A DNA stretch of 30,231 nt, taken from the NCBI GenBank assembly GCA_002774555.1, contig PEYC01000017.1:1-30231 (forward strand). The letters run 5' to 3'. The stretch is from Candidatus Nealsonbacteria bacterium CG08_land_8_20_14_0_20_36_22 (lineage in GTDB: Bacteria > Patescibacteriota > Minisyncoccia > Minisyncoccales > GWA2-38-27). This document shows positions 7,181 to 16,858 of this stretch, in pieces. The notes beneath the pieces were generated by a model. It was not told the origin of the DNA. It saw nothing but the letters and a program-made list of their open reading frames with translations, and searched no databases. The translations under genes and the position numbers were made by a program. Within the stretch, counting starts at the first letter, position 1; every line of letters begins with the position of its first letter.

Positions 7181-9720
7181 ATAACAAAGTTAATTAATTT
7201 ACGAGGAATAAAAATTGTTTTTTTGATTTTTTTGTCCTTTGTCCATTTTAGCACTTTCTCTTGTGATAGAGCAATTTTTTTAGCTTCGTCTTCTGGAATA
7301 TCGGCTTCAACCCCTATTTTATCACGGACTTTGCCGTTGATTTGGATAATTAAAGTTATTTTTTCTTCTTTAATTAATTTTGAATCATATTTTGGCCATT
7401 TTTGCTGACAACAAAGACCTTTAAAACCAACCCTAAACCAAAGTTCTTCTGTCAAATGGGGAGCAAAAGGACTCAAGAGAATTAAGAAGTAAGAATAAAG
7501 AATTAAGGGAATTTCTTTTTGTTTATCTAATTCGTTAGTTAAAATCATCAGCGAAGAAACTGCTGTGTTGAGTTTTAAACTCTCAATATCCTCACCAACT
7601 TTCTTTATAGTTTTATGAATTAAGCTTTCTAAATTTTGATTTTTGCTCGCCCGCAGGCGGAACTTGTTCCTTTTTGATTTTTGATTTACTTTATTTTGTA
7701 ATCTCCAAACCTTCTCTAAAAACCTCTTTGCCCCTATCGCTCCTTTAGTATCCCAGGGAATCATCTGTTCAAAAGGACCCATAAACATCTCGTAAACTCT
7801 CATTGTGTCAGCTCCGTATTCTTTGACAACCGTTTCAGGATTAATCACGTTGCCTTTGGATTTTGACATTTTAATTCCTCCCTCGCCGAGAATCATTCCA
7901 TGGCTGGTTCTTTTTTTATACGGCTCCGGACCTATTTCTTTTGGCACTGCTCCAACATCCCATAAAAACTTATAGATAAATCTTGAATACAAAAGATGCA
8001 AATTGGTGTGTTCCATTCCGCCATTATACCAATCAACCGGGAGCCAGTATTTTATTTTATTCTTATCCCAAATATATTTTTGATTTTTGCTCTTTGATTT
8101 TTGAATTCTTGGCATAGTATATGCCAAGTAGTACCAATTAGAACCTGCCCAATTTGGCATCACGTCGGTTTCTCTTTCAGCTGGTCCTTTGCATTTTGGG
8201 CATTTTGTGTTTACCCAGTTTTTAATTTTTGCTAGGGGCGATTCACCTTTCTCAGTTGGTTTGTAATCTCCAACCAGGGGTAATTTTACTGGTAAATCTT
8301 TTTCGGGAACAGCAATCCAGCCGGGATTTTGTAATTCGCCAATACTAAACTCGTTATTTTTGATTTTTGCTCTTTGATTTTTGATTTTGACCGCGCAGTT
8401 TTCGCAGAAAACAAGCGGGATAGGTTCCCCCCAATATCTTTGTCTTGAAAAAATCCAATCTCTTAGCTTATAATGAACCACTTTTTCGGCAACATTTTGA
8501 CGGGCAAGCCACTCTCCTATTCTCTCTCTGGCATCCTCTGACTTCATTCCCTCAAACCTCCTAGAATTTACCAAAATTCCTTCGCCCTCATAAGCTCCTT
8601 CTGAAAAATTGTGCTCAAAATTTTTTGGCTTTATAACTTCAATAATTGCTAAATTATATTTCTTAGCAAAATCAAAATCCCGCTGGTCGTGAGCCGGAAC
8701 AGCCATAATAGCGCCAGTTCCATATTGCATTAAGACATAGTCAGCAACAAAAATTGGAATTTCTCTGCCATTTACCGGGTTTATTGCTTTAATCCCTTTT
8801 AATTCTATGCCAGTCTTTTCTTCGGCCTCAGAAATTCTCTCTTTCTCTATTTTCTTTTTTGATTCTTTAATATATTGTTCAACAAATTTGAAATTTGAGA
8901 TTTGAGATTTGAGATTTTCAATAATTGGGTGTTCTGGCGCCAAAACTAAATAAGTACACCCAAAAAGAGTATCCGGCCTCGTCGTAAAAACCGTAATTCT
9001 TAATTCTTGATTCATAATTCTAAATTCAATTTCCGTTCCCTCGCTCTTCCCTATCCACTCATTTTGAGAGACCTTAACTCTTTCAGAATAATCAACCAGG
9101 TCCAAATCCTGAATTAATCTTTCGGCATAGTTAGTAATTTTTAACAACCATTGCTCTTTTTCTTTTCTAACCACTCCTGCCCCACACCTTTCACATTTAG
9201 CGTCAACAACCTCTTCGTTAGCCAAACCAATCTTGCAGGCCGGACACCAGTTAATCGGTATTTTTGCTTTATAGGCCAAACCGTTTTTGAAAAGCTGCAA
9301 AAATATCCATTGAGTCCATTTATAATAAGCAGGGTCAGTAGTATTAATTTCTCTGAACCAGTCAAAAGAAAGACCCAGACCTTTCTGTTGGCGTTTAAAA
9401 TAAGCCGTGTTTTTTCTGGTAGCAATTTTGGGATGAATTCCAGTTTTAATGGCGTAATTTTCTGTTGGCAAACCAAAAGCATCCCAACCCATTGGGAACA
9501 AAACATTAAAACCTTCCATCCTTCTTTTTCTAGCCACAACATCTAAACCAATATAGCTTCGGCAATGACCAACATGGAGACCTTCGCCTGATGGATAAGG
9601 AAACTCAACCAAAACATAAAATTTTAGCTTTTTTGATTTATTTTTTGCTTGGAAAACATCTTCTTTCTCCCAAATCCCCTGCCATTTTCTCTCAAGTTTT
9701 TTAGGATTGTAATTTTCCAT
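7177..9720 (-). CDS. leuS: Leucyl-tRNA synthetase
   Basis: FPYPSGEGLHVGH, GWDAFGLP, TTRPDT editing domain, KMSKSKGN, IQINGKVR. Confidence 0.97.
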   Translation of the reverse strand: MENYNPKKLERKWQGIWEKEDVFQAKNKSKKLKFYVLVEFPYPSGEGLHVGHCRSYIGLDVVARKRRMEGFNVLFPMGWDAFGLPTENYAIKTGIHPKIATRKNTAYFKRQQKGLGLSFDWFREINTTDPAYYKWTQWIFLQLFKNGLAYKAKIPINWCPACKIGLANEEVVDAKCERCGAGVVRKEKEQWLLKITNYAERLIQDLDLVDYSERVKVSQNEWIGKSEGTEIEFRIMNQELRITVFTTRPDTLFGCTYLVLAPEHPIIENLKSQISNFKFVEQYIKESKKKIEKERISEAEEKTGIELKGIKAINPVNGREIPIFVADYVLMQYGTGAIMAVPAHDQRDFDFAKKYNLAIIEVIKPKNFEHNFSEGAYEGEGILVNSRRFEGMKSEDARERIGEWLARQNVAEKVVHYKLRDWIFSRQRYWGEPIPLVFCENCAVKIKNQRAKIKNNEFSIGELQNPGWIAVPEKDLPVKLPLVGDYKPTEKGESPLAKIKNWVNTKCPKCKGPAERETDVMPNWAGSNWYYLAYTMPRIQKSKSKNQKYIWDKNKIKYWLPVDWYNGGMEHTNLHLLYSRFIYKFLWDVGAVPKEIGPEPYKKRTSHGMILGEGGIKMSKSKGNVINPETVVKEYGADTMRVYEMFMGPFEQMIPWDTKGAIGAKRFLEKVWRLQNKVNQKSKRNKFRLRASKNQNLESLIHKTIKKVGEDIESLKLNTAVSSLMILTNELDKQKEIPLILYSYFLILLSPFAPHLTEELWFRVGFKGLCCQQKWPKYDSKLIKEEKITLIIQINGKVRDKIGVEADIPEDEAKKIALSQEKVLKWTKDKKIKKTIFIPRKLINFVI

Positions 9721-9745
9721 ATTTTTTTATCATAACATAGCTTTG

Positions 9746-9778
9746 CCCCGTTAGAAAGTCCTATCTTTTCTAACGGGG
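9746..9778. repeat. Inverted repeat, family B, intergenic (leuS/accA)
   Basis: CCCCGTTAGAAA / TTTCTAACGGGG, 12 bp perfect. Confidence 0.8.
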
Positions 9779-9868
9779 TTTGCCTTCTTTACAAAATTAA
9801 AATTTTATTATAAGTTAAATTAATTAAGTAATTGCCCTTTTAAAACCACAAAAATAAAGAGGTGAAAA

Positions 9869-10831
9869 ATGAATTCTGAAAGATATCTTCCTTTTGAGGA
9901 AAAGATAATTGAATTGGATAGACAAATAGCTGAATTAAAAAAACTATCTTTACAAAAAAACATTGATTACTCGACTGACGTTTGTAGGATTTGGCGGAAA
10001 AAAATCAAAGAGCTTACCAAAATTTACTCAAATCTAACTGCCTGGCAAATTGTTCAAGTAGCTCGCCATGCTCAAAGACCGACCTTAACTGATTATCTTA
10101 ACCTAATGGTCCAAGATTTTCGGGGACTACATGGTGACCGAAAATTCGGTGATGATAAAGCAATCATCACGGGACTCGGACGAATAGAAAAAGAAAAAGT
10201 GATGATTGTGGGTCACAATAAAGGTAAAACATTGAAAGAAAAAGAGGCCTGTAATTTTGGGATGCCCAATCCCGAAGGTTACCGCAAGGCGCTTTTAAAA
10301 ATGAAGTTCGCTGAAAAATTCGGTATTCCTATTGTTACGTTTATTGATACACCGGGAGCTCATCCGGGTATTGAAGCTGAAGAAAGAGCTCAGACTCAAG
10401 CAATCGCGGTTAACCTCGCAGAAATGTCTCGCTTAAAAGTACCCATAATCTGCATCGTTATTAGTGAAGGTGGTTCGGGTGGAGCGCTCGGTATAGGTGT
10501 TGGCGACCGGCTGGCAATGCTGGAATTTGCTTATTATTCAGTAATTTCACCTGAAGGCTGTGCTGCAATTTTGTGGCGTAATGGCTCTAAAGCCGAAGAA
10601 GCCGCTAAGGCCTTGAAATTAACCAGTAAAGATTTGCTTAAACTTGGTTTGGTTGATGTAGTTATCCCAGAGCCATTAGGTGGAGCTCATCGTAATGTTC
10701 ATGACACTATTTATAATGTCAAAAACTATATCCTCAAAACATTAAGAGAGCTAAAACGTCTGAAAACCGAAGCCCTCCTTGAAAAACGATACCAAAAATT
10801 ACGTGCCATCGGTAGTATTTTTCAAAAATAA
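9869..10831 (+). CDS. accA: Acetyl-CoA carboxylase carboxyltransferase alpha subunit
   Basis: ARHAQRP, LHGDRKFGDD, NFGMPNPEGYRKA, EGGSGGAL, SVISPEGCAAILW, EPLGGAHR; GAGGTG RBS. Confidence 0.93.
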   Translation: MNSERYLPFEEKIIELDRQIAELKKLSLQKNIDYSTDVCRIWRKKIKELTKIYSNLTAWQIVQVARHAQRPTLTDYLNLMVQDFRGLHGDRKFGDDKAIITGLGRIEKEKVMIVGHNKGKTLKEKEACNFGMPNPEGYRKALLKMKFAEKFGIPIVTFIDTPGAHPGIEAEERAQTQAIAVNLAEMSRLKVPIICIVISEGGSGGALGIGVGDRLAMLEFAYYSVISPEGCAAILWRNGSKAEEAAKALKLTSKDLLKLGLVDVVIPEPLGGAHRNVHDTIYNVKNYILKTLRELKRLKTEALLEKRYQKLRAIGSIFQK

Positions 10832-10860
10832 AGGCCTGTTCATAATCTGAATAGGCCTTT
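10830..10860. terminator. Hairpin at the convergent accA/tatD junction (probable terminator)
   Basis: AAAGGCCTGTTCA / TGAATAGGCCTTT, 13-bp stem with one G-U pair, overlapping the tatD 3' end. Confidence 0.55.
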
Positions 10861-11628
10861 TGCGTTTTGGGCAGTGATTTCAGCTACTTTTTGGAAATCT
10901 AAATTTTTTATTTTAGCGATTTCTTCGGCAATATATTTTACGAAAATCGGTTCGTTGCGCCCGCCTTCGTCCCGCTTTTCAGCGGGACTTCGGCGAGCCA
11001 AGGGCGGAGTTAAATAAGGGCAGTCAGTTTCCACAAGAATTCTCTCAAGAGGCGTCTTTTTAATTACTTCATTCAAATCCAATTTATAAATTATCCCATT
11101 GAATCCCAAATAAAATCCCATATCTAAATATTCTTTTGCCTGCTTCCATTTTCCGGTGAAACAATGGATTACCCCGTGAATCTGATTATTTTTTAAAATT
11201 TCCAGCAAATCCTCGTGGGCTTTTCTGCAATGAAAAATCACTGGTAATTCCAATTCCTTGGATAAGCCAAGTTGTTCCAAGAAAACCTCTTTTTGTTTTT
11301 CTTTGAATAATCCATACTCTCTATCATAATCCAAGCCAATCTCTCCAATTGCCACCACTTTCCCTCCTTCGCCAAAGCTACGGAGGGCAAGTTTTTTATA
11401 TTTTTCTTTATCAAAAACTTCATCTTTTGCATGAATTGGGTGGAGCCCGATTGCCCCAAAAACTCCTTTCTTATATTTTTCCGCAATTTCTACTGCTTTC
11501 TTGCTTGTCTCATATTTTGACCCGACATTTATGAGCCAAACATTCTCAGCGAGCGAACGTTTAACAACTTCTTCTAAGTCATTTTTAAATGCCTTGAAAT
11601 TAAGATGAGCGTGGGTATCAATTAGCAT
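10840..11628 (-). CDS. tatD: TatD-family deoxyribonuclease
   Basis: LIDTHAHL, AIGEIGLD, IFHCR, GVIHCF, LVETDCPYL. Confidence 0.95.
   Translation of the reverse strand: MLIDTHAHLNFKAFKNDLEEVVKRSLAENVWLINVGSKYETSKKAVEIAEKYKKGVFGAIGLHPIHAKDEVFDKEKYKKLALRSFGEGGKVVAIGEIGLDYDREYGLFKEKQKEVFLEQLGLSKELELPVIFHCRKAHEDLLEILKNNQIHGVIHCFTGKWKQAKEYLDMGFYLGFNGIIYKLDLNEVIKKTPLERILVETDCPYLTPPLARRSPAEKRDEGGRNEPIFVKYIAEEIAKIKNLDFQKVAEITAQNAKGLFRL
10960..10997. repeat. GC-rich palindromic repeat, family A, in frame in tatD (ARRSPAEKRDEGG)
   Basis: CCCGCC-TTC-GTCCCGCT-TTTC-AGCGGGAC-TTC-GGCGAG. Confidence 0.8.
11362..11391. repeat. GC-rich palindromic repeat, family A variant, in frame in tatD (LALRSFGEGG)
   Basis: CCCTCC-TTC-GCCAAAGC-TAC-GGAGGG-CAAG. 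Confidence 0.75.
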
Positions 11629-11664
11629 ACTTAAATTTTAACTAAAATTTTTATTAAATTCAAG

Positions 11665-11692
11665 AAAAAAGCGTGGCCTTCGGCCACGCTTT
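11665..11692 (-). terminator. Intrinsic terminator
   Basis: Minus strand reads AAAGCGTGGCC-GAA-GGCCACGC-TTTTTT. Confidence 0.75.
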
Positions 11693-11749
11693 GAAATGGC
11701 TATTCCCTAGATTTTTTACTTGTTAAAAAACTACTATCTTTGATTGAAC

Positions 11750-11778
11750 AGTTTAACAAACCGGCAAATCTTTGTCAA
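11750..11778 (-). promoter_or_regulatory. sigma70-type promoter with extended -10
   Basis: Minus strand TTGACA-N17-TAAACT with TG one base upstream of the -10. Confidence 0.55.
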
Positions 11779-11795
11779 ATTTTTTATCTCTTTCG

Positions 11796-13232
11796 CTAAA
11801 TTCTCGGAAACAATGGTTTTGCTTTTTTGATTTTGCCTTCTAATTGTTTGAGTATCTTTTCTGATGTCTCTGGTAAAAATGGCTGAAGTAAATTAGCTAT
11901 AGTAGCTAAGACAATCAACAGATTATTAATAACTTTTTGGTCCTTAGTCCCCCAGGGTTTTTCTTGCTCAATATATTTATCACAAAAGCCAATCAAACCC
12001 CAAATCGCTCTCAAAGCTTCGTTAAATTTAAACTCCTCTAATGCTTTTCTGTAATCTTTTTGGGTTTTATTTATAACTTTTTGAAAATTGGAGTTTGAAA
12101 ATTTATTGAAAATTGAAAATTGAAAATTGAAAATTTCAGCTAATTTTTGTACTCTCGCCACTAAATTCCCAATTCCTGAGGCCAAATCCGCGTTATATCT
12201 CTCTTCAAACTTCTCATAAGTAAAATCTCCGTCATCAGTTGGAGGAATCTCCCGCAAAAGATAATATCTGACAGCGTCTATGCCATACTTTTCAACCAAC
12301 TCAAAAGGATCAATCACATTTCCCAATGATTTTGACATTTTTTGGCCACCGAAAGTTATAAATCCGTGGACGAATATATTTTTAGGTAACTCCAAACCCA
12401 AAGATAATAGCATTGCCGGCCAAAATATAGTATGAAACTTCATTATATCTTTTCCTAAACAATGAACATCTGCTGGCCAATATTTTTTGAATTGTTCGTC
12501 CTCTTTATAGTACCCGATAGCAGAAATATAATTTGGGAGAGCATCGCACCAGACATATAAAATTTGAGATGGATCGCCCGGCACTGCAAATCCCCAGTAT
12601 TTATCTTTTGTTCTTGAAAAACTAACGTCTTCTAACCCCTGCTTTATCATTGATAATGTTTCATTCTTTCTTGTCTTTGGAATAATTTTTAATTCATCTT
12701 TTTCAACCAATTTCTCTATTTTTGCGGCATATTTTGAAAGCCGGAAAAAATAATTTTCTTCCTCAATTGATTCTACTTCTTTCTGATGAATAGGACATTT
12801 GCCATCTTCTAAATCTTTTTCTGTAATAAATGCTTCACAACCAGCGCAGTAAAAACCTTTATATTTTTTTTTATAGATATCACCGCTTTCCTCCAGTTTT
12901 TTCCATACTTTTTCTACTGCTGGCTTATGTCTTATTTCATCTGTAGTTCTAATAAAATCGTTATTGAAAATATTTAAAATTTTATTTAATGCTCTGAATT
13001 TTTCTGATATTTCATCAGCAAATTCTTTCGGCTCCTTGCCTACTTCTCTTGCTGCTCTTAAAGTTTTGATGCCATGTTCATCTGTTCCTGTCAAAAAAAA
13101 TACGTCTTCTCCTAAAAGACGGTGATAGCGAGCTAAAACATCCGCTTGAATTAATTCTAAAGCAAACCCTATGTGAGGAGGGGCATTAGTATAAGCAATG
13201 CTGGTTGTAATATAGAACTTTTTTTTAGCCAT
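11796..13232 (-). CDS. metG: Methionyl-tRNA synthetase (short form)
   Basis: YITTSIAYTNAPPHIGF, TGTDEHG, YVWCDAL, KMSKSLGN. Confidence 0.96.
   Translation of the reverse strand: MAKKKFYITTSIAYTNAPPHIGFALELIQADVLARYHRLLGEDVFFLTGTDEHGIKTLRAAREVGKEPKEFADEISEKFRALNKILNIFNNDFIRTTDEIRHKPAVEKVWKKLEESGDIYKKKYKGFYCAGCEAFITEKDLEDGKCPIHQKEVESIEEENYFFRLSKYAAKIEKLVEKDELKIIPKTRKNETLSMIKQGLEDVSFSRTKDKYWGFAVPGDPSQILYVWCDALPNYISAIGYYKEDEQFKKYWPADVHCLGKDIMKFHTIFWPAMLLSLGLELPKNIFVHGFITFGGQKMSKSLGNVIDPFELVEKYGIDAVRYYLLREIPPTDDGDFTYEKFEERYNADLASGIGNLVARVQKLAEIFNFQFSIFNKFSNSNFQKVINKTQKDYRKALEEFKFNEALRAIWGLIGFCDKYIEQEKPWGTKDQKVINNLLIVLATIANLLQPFLPETSEKILKQLEGKIKKAKPLFPRI
12106..12135. repeat. Heptamer microsatellite (TTGAAAA)4TT inside metG
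   Basis: Direct count; encodes IFNFQFSIFN. Confidence 0.85.
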
Positions 13233-13288
13233 AATCTTAAAAGGAGGTCCGACCTCCTTTTAATTTTATCATAAATTTAATTTTTTAT

Positions 13289-14317
13289 CTATAGGATTTC
13301 TATTTTCTTCTCTTTTCTTTTTTGCAAAAATTCTTTTAGGAATTCAAATAATATTCCAAATAAAGGAACGGCTAAAACAGCACCTAACAACCCCCAAAGA
13401 TGACCGCCGACTACCAAAGAGAGCAAAACCAAAGCTGGAGGTAAACCAACGAATTTTTTCATTAAAATTGGAGATAAAATACTATTCTCTATCTGCTGAA
13501 TTAAAATGAAGGCAATTAAAACCAAGATTCCTTTCAATGGTTCTGTTGGAAAAATTATAAAAAATAAAATAACTCCTGTTAAAAGAGGCCCAATATAAGG
13601 AATAAAATTAAACACGCCGGCGAAAAGAGCCAAAGTAAAAGGATACTCTATGCCAAAAAGAAGAAAAGCGACATAAGAAGCCACGCCAATAAATATACAA
13701 GCTAAAATTCTAGCGCCAAACCAGCCAGCTACCTTCTTTTGGCATCTTGCCCAAACATCCAAAACCTGGGCTTCGTATTTTTTAGGGAAAAGAAGAATTA
13801 AGGTTTTTTCAACCGCCTTTTCTTCTAAAGAAAGAAAAATAGCCGTAATAACAACAAATATGGTTACGAAAACTCCGCCGAAAATAGTAAATAAAACATT
13901 AAAAATATTCTCTGCCATTTTTTCCAGAGTATCGCCCAAAATTCTAAGGAAACTTTCAATATTCTCAAACGCCTGAAAACCGAATCCCCGCAATAATGGA
14001 GAGATTTTTTCAAAATATTGAGGGAAAAATCCTAAAAATGCCTTGATTTCAACAATAAACAAGGGTACCACCAAATAAATCAACAAACTTAATATTCCAA
14101 AAATCCCAACATAAATTAAAATTACTGCTCCGACCCGAGGGAGCCTTCTTCTTTGAAAAAAATTAACAACCGGATTAAATAAAATGGAAATTGTTAGGGC
14201 AAAAACAAACCAAATCAGAATTTCTCTTATTGAAAAAAGAATATAGAAAATAAGCACGGCAACAGAAATTTTCAAAATAGTCCGCCAGGAAATGTCTAAA
14301 ATTTTCTCATTGTCCAT
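13289..14317 (-). CDS. AI-2E family (PerM-like) membrane transporter
   Basis: Multiple TM segments; FNFIPYIGP, QQIENSILSP, LWGLLGAVLAVP. Confidence 0.88.
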   Translation of the reverse strand: MDNEKILDISWRTILKISVAVLIFYILFSIREILIWFVFALTISILFNPVVNFFQRRRLPRVGAVILIYVGIFGILSLLIYLVVPLFIVEIKAFLGFFPQYFEKISPLLRGFGFQAFENIESFLRILGDTLEKMAENIFNVLFTIFGGVFVTIFVVITAIFLSLEEKAVEKTLILLFPKKYEAQVLDVWARCQKKVAGWFGARILACIFIGVASYVAFLLFGIEYPFTLALFAGVFNFIPYIGPLLTGVILFFIIFPTEPLKGILVLIAFILIQQIENSILSPILMKKFVGLPPALVLLSLVVGGHLWGLLGAVLAVPLFGILFEFLKEFLQKRKEKKIEIL

Positions 14318-15564
14318 AGAAATTTTGACTTATCTTTAAATGGCCCAATCAGGGCTAAATTTAATTTTTGAGGTTTAAAAATATCTCTGGAAACTTTTAA
14401 AACATCGTCAGCTGTTACTTTGTTAATTCTATCATAAATTTGCTCTGGCGTTAAAATCCTCCTCTCTAAAAGTTCCTGAATTCCGTAAAAAGAAGCCAAA
14501 GCGTCAGATGACTCTAACTGCAAAGTCGTTTTCCCTTTGATATAGTCCTTGGCTTTTTTTAGTTCAGTCGCCGGCACTTTTTTTTGAGAAATATCTTTGT
14601 ATTCTTGCAAAATGGTTGAAATTGCCTTTTCAATGTTTTTATTGTCAACGCCTGCTGAAGTAACTAGAAAACCACTATCAAGGTCAGATGAAACTTCTGT
14701 GGAAATATAATAAGCCAAACCTAATCTTTCCCTTACTTTAATAAACAATCTGGAACTCATCATTCCTCCCAAAATTATTCCCAAAATTTCCTGGGCGTAT
14801 CTTAAGGGGTGAAAAAGATTGTATGACCTTACTCCCAAACAAAGATGGGTCTGATCGGTTTTTCTCTCTTTTAAAAGACAGTCCGGCCTTATCTGTTTTT
14901 CAATTACCTTCGGCTTTCCAAGGGCCTTACCAGTTTTTATTTCTGAAAATGATTTTTTTACTTTTTTTATAGCTGACGACAACCCTATTTTTCCAGCCAA
15001 ACAAACAAGAGCATTTGGGGCGACATATTGATTTCTCAAATAATTTTTCAGCTTATCTTGAGAAATTCCCAAGACGGTTTCTCTGGTCCCGGCAATATTC
15101 CAGCCAGCTGGCTGGTCTCCGTACAAAAGCTCCCGCCACAAAATCTGAACATAAGATATTGGATTGTCATAGTACATATTAATTTCCTCTAAAATCACTC
15201 CTTTTTCTCTCTTGATTTCGCTGGAGTTCAATCTTGAATTCAAAAAAATGTCAGAAACCCAATCCAAAGCCAAATCTAAATGATTGGCGTCAACTTTGGC
15301 AAAATAGCCGGTGTATTCCTCGCCCGTAAAAGCGTTGTAAATACCTCCTATTTTGTCTAAGGTTTCAGCAATAGCTGTGGTGTTAGGACGTTTTTTTGTC
15401 CCTTTAAAAAACATATGCTCCAGAAAATGGGAAATTCCATTGAGCTCTTTTTTTTCGTATTTAGAGCCAGTAGCCACTAATACCAAAACAGTCACTGCCT
15501 GGCCCTCTTTCTGAGGAATAGTAATAACCCTTAAGCCGTTTTTTAAAGTAGTTTTTCTAAACAT
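14296..15564 (-). CDS. M16-family zinc peptidase
   Basis: GISHFLEHMFFKGT (HxxEH), NAFTGEEYT, SSRLFIKVRERLGLAY. Confidence 0.93.
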   Translation of the reverse strand: MFRKTTLKNGLRVITIPQKEGQAVTVLVLVATGSKYEKKELNGISHFLEHMFFKGTKKRPNTTAIAETLDKIGGIYNAFTGEEYTGYFAKVDANHLDLALDWVSDIFLNSRLNSSEIKREKGVILEEINMYYDNPISYVQILWRELLYGDQPAGWNIAGTRETVLGISQDKLKNYLRNQYVAPNALVCLAGKIGLSSAIKKVKKSFSEIKTGKALGKPKVIEKQIRPDCLLKERKTDQTHLCLGVRSYNLFHPLRYAQEILGIILGGMMSSRLFIKVRERLGLAYYISTEVSSDLDSGFLVTSAGVDNKNIEKAISTILQEYKDISQKKVPATELKKAKDYIKGKTTLQLESSDALASFYGIQELLERRILTPEQIYDRINKVTADDVLKVSRDIFKPQKLNLALIGPFKDKSKFLWTMRKF

Positions 15565-16847
15565 TCTTTTATATTTTTGATTTTTACCCTTTCTTGTTTC
15601 ATTGTGTCGCGGTTGCGAATGGTTAAATCATTTTTTTCTAACGATTCAAAATCAATGGTTAAGCAAAAAACCGTGCCAATTTCATCCTGTCTTCTGTATC
15701 TCCGGCCGATTGAATCTGTCTCGTCATATTGGCAGTTAAAATGGGGTTTTAAAATTTGGTAAACTTCTTCTGCTTTTTTTATTATTGCTGGTTTATTTTT
15801 CACTAAGGGCAAAACAGCAACTTTTATCGGGGCTAAAGATTTATGAAACTTCAGCATGGTTTCCACTTCTTTTGTTGCTTTGGTAGTTTTAGTTCTACCG
15901 CCGCTTACTTCTATATAAGCATCGCACAAAAAAGCAAATAAAGACCTATCTACACCAACTGAAGTTTCAATAATATATGGGAAATACCCCTCATATTTTA
16001 AATCTTCTCCGCTATTTCTTGAATGATTAGATAAATCCCAATCTCCTCTATTATGAACCCCTTCAATCTCTTTCCAGCCAAAAGGAAACTTGTATTCAAT
16101 ATCTAAAGCTCTTTTGGCATAATGAGGGAGTTCGTTTTTGGGAACCTCCTTTACTCTTAGGTCAGCTTTTTTAATCCCTAAGTTCAAATACCAGTTTATT
16201 CTTTCTTTTTTCCAGTAATCAAAAAATTTATCAGCTGTTTTCGGCGCGCAAAACCACTGAAGCTCCATCTGTTCAAATTCTCTTGTTCTATAAATAAAAT
16301 CTTTGGGAGTAATCTCGTTTCTAAATGCCTTTCCGATCTGGGCTATGCCAAAGGGAATTTTAAGACGCATTGTTTGCAAAACATTTTTGAAATTAACGTA
16401 AATCCCCTGACAAGTTTCAGCACGCAAATAAGTTAGCGTCGCCTCATTTTCAACCGAGCCCACAAATGTTTTCATCATTAAATTAAACTTTCGCGACTTT
16501 ATTAACTCTCCTCCGCACTCAAGACACTGAGAATTTTGAATTTCGTCTAGACGAAATCGGTGATGGCATTTTTTACACTCCACCAGTTCATCGGCAAAAC
16601 CCGCTGTCAAATGACCAGATGCCTGCCAAACCTTCGGGCTCATTAAAATCGCTGCGTCCAAACCAACAATATCCTCGTGTTTTTTGAGCATTTCATCCCA
16701 CCAGGCTTTTTTAATATTATTTTTCATTTCAACTCCTAATGGCCCAAAATCATAACAAGAGCCAAAACCGCCGTAAATTTCTGACGAAGGAAAAACAAAA
16801 CCCCTTCTCTTTGCCAAAGACACAATTTTCTCCATTAAATCTGTCAT
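15543..16847 (-). CDS. glyS: Glycyl-tRNA synthetase, homodimeric (alpha2) type
   Basis: KRRGFVFPSSEIYGG, YLRAETCQG, AFRNEITP...RTREFEQME, IETSVGVDR, SIGRRYRRQDEIGT. Confidence 0.95.
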   Translation of the reverse strand: MTDLMEKIVSLAKRRGFVFPSSEIYGGFGSCYDFGPLGVEMKNNIKKAWWDEMLKKHEDIVGLDAAILMSPKVWQASGHLTAGFADELVECKKCHHRFRLDEIQNSQCLECGGELIKSRKFNLMMKTFVGSVENEATLTYLRAETCQGIYVNFKNVLQTMRLKIPFGIAQIGKAFRNEITPKDFIYRTREFEQMELQWFCAPKTADKFFDYWKKERINWYLNLGIKKADLRVKEVPKNELPHYAKRALDIEYKFPFGWKEIEGVHNRGDWDLSNHSRNSGEDLKYEGYFPYIIETSVGVDRSLFAFLCDAYIEVSGGRTKTTKATKEVETMLKFHKSLAPIKVAVLPLVKNKPAIIKKAEEVYQILKPHFNCQYDETDSIGRRYRRQDEIGTVFCLTIDFESLEKNDLTIRNRDTMKQERVKIKNIKECLEKLL

Positions 16848-16858
16848 TATTCTATATT

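Noticed and set aside
14296-15564. 22-nt overlaps glyS/M16 peptidase and M16/AI-2E as frameshift errors
   Set aside because: All three proteins look full length; short overlaps are ordinary in compact genomes.
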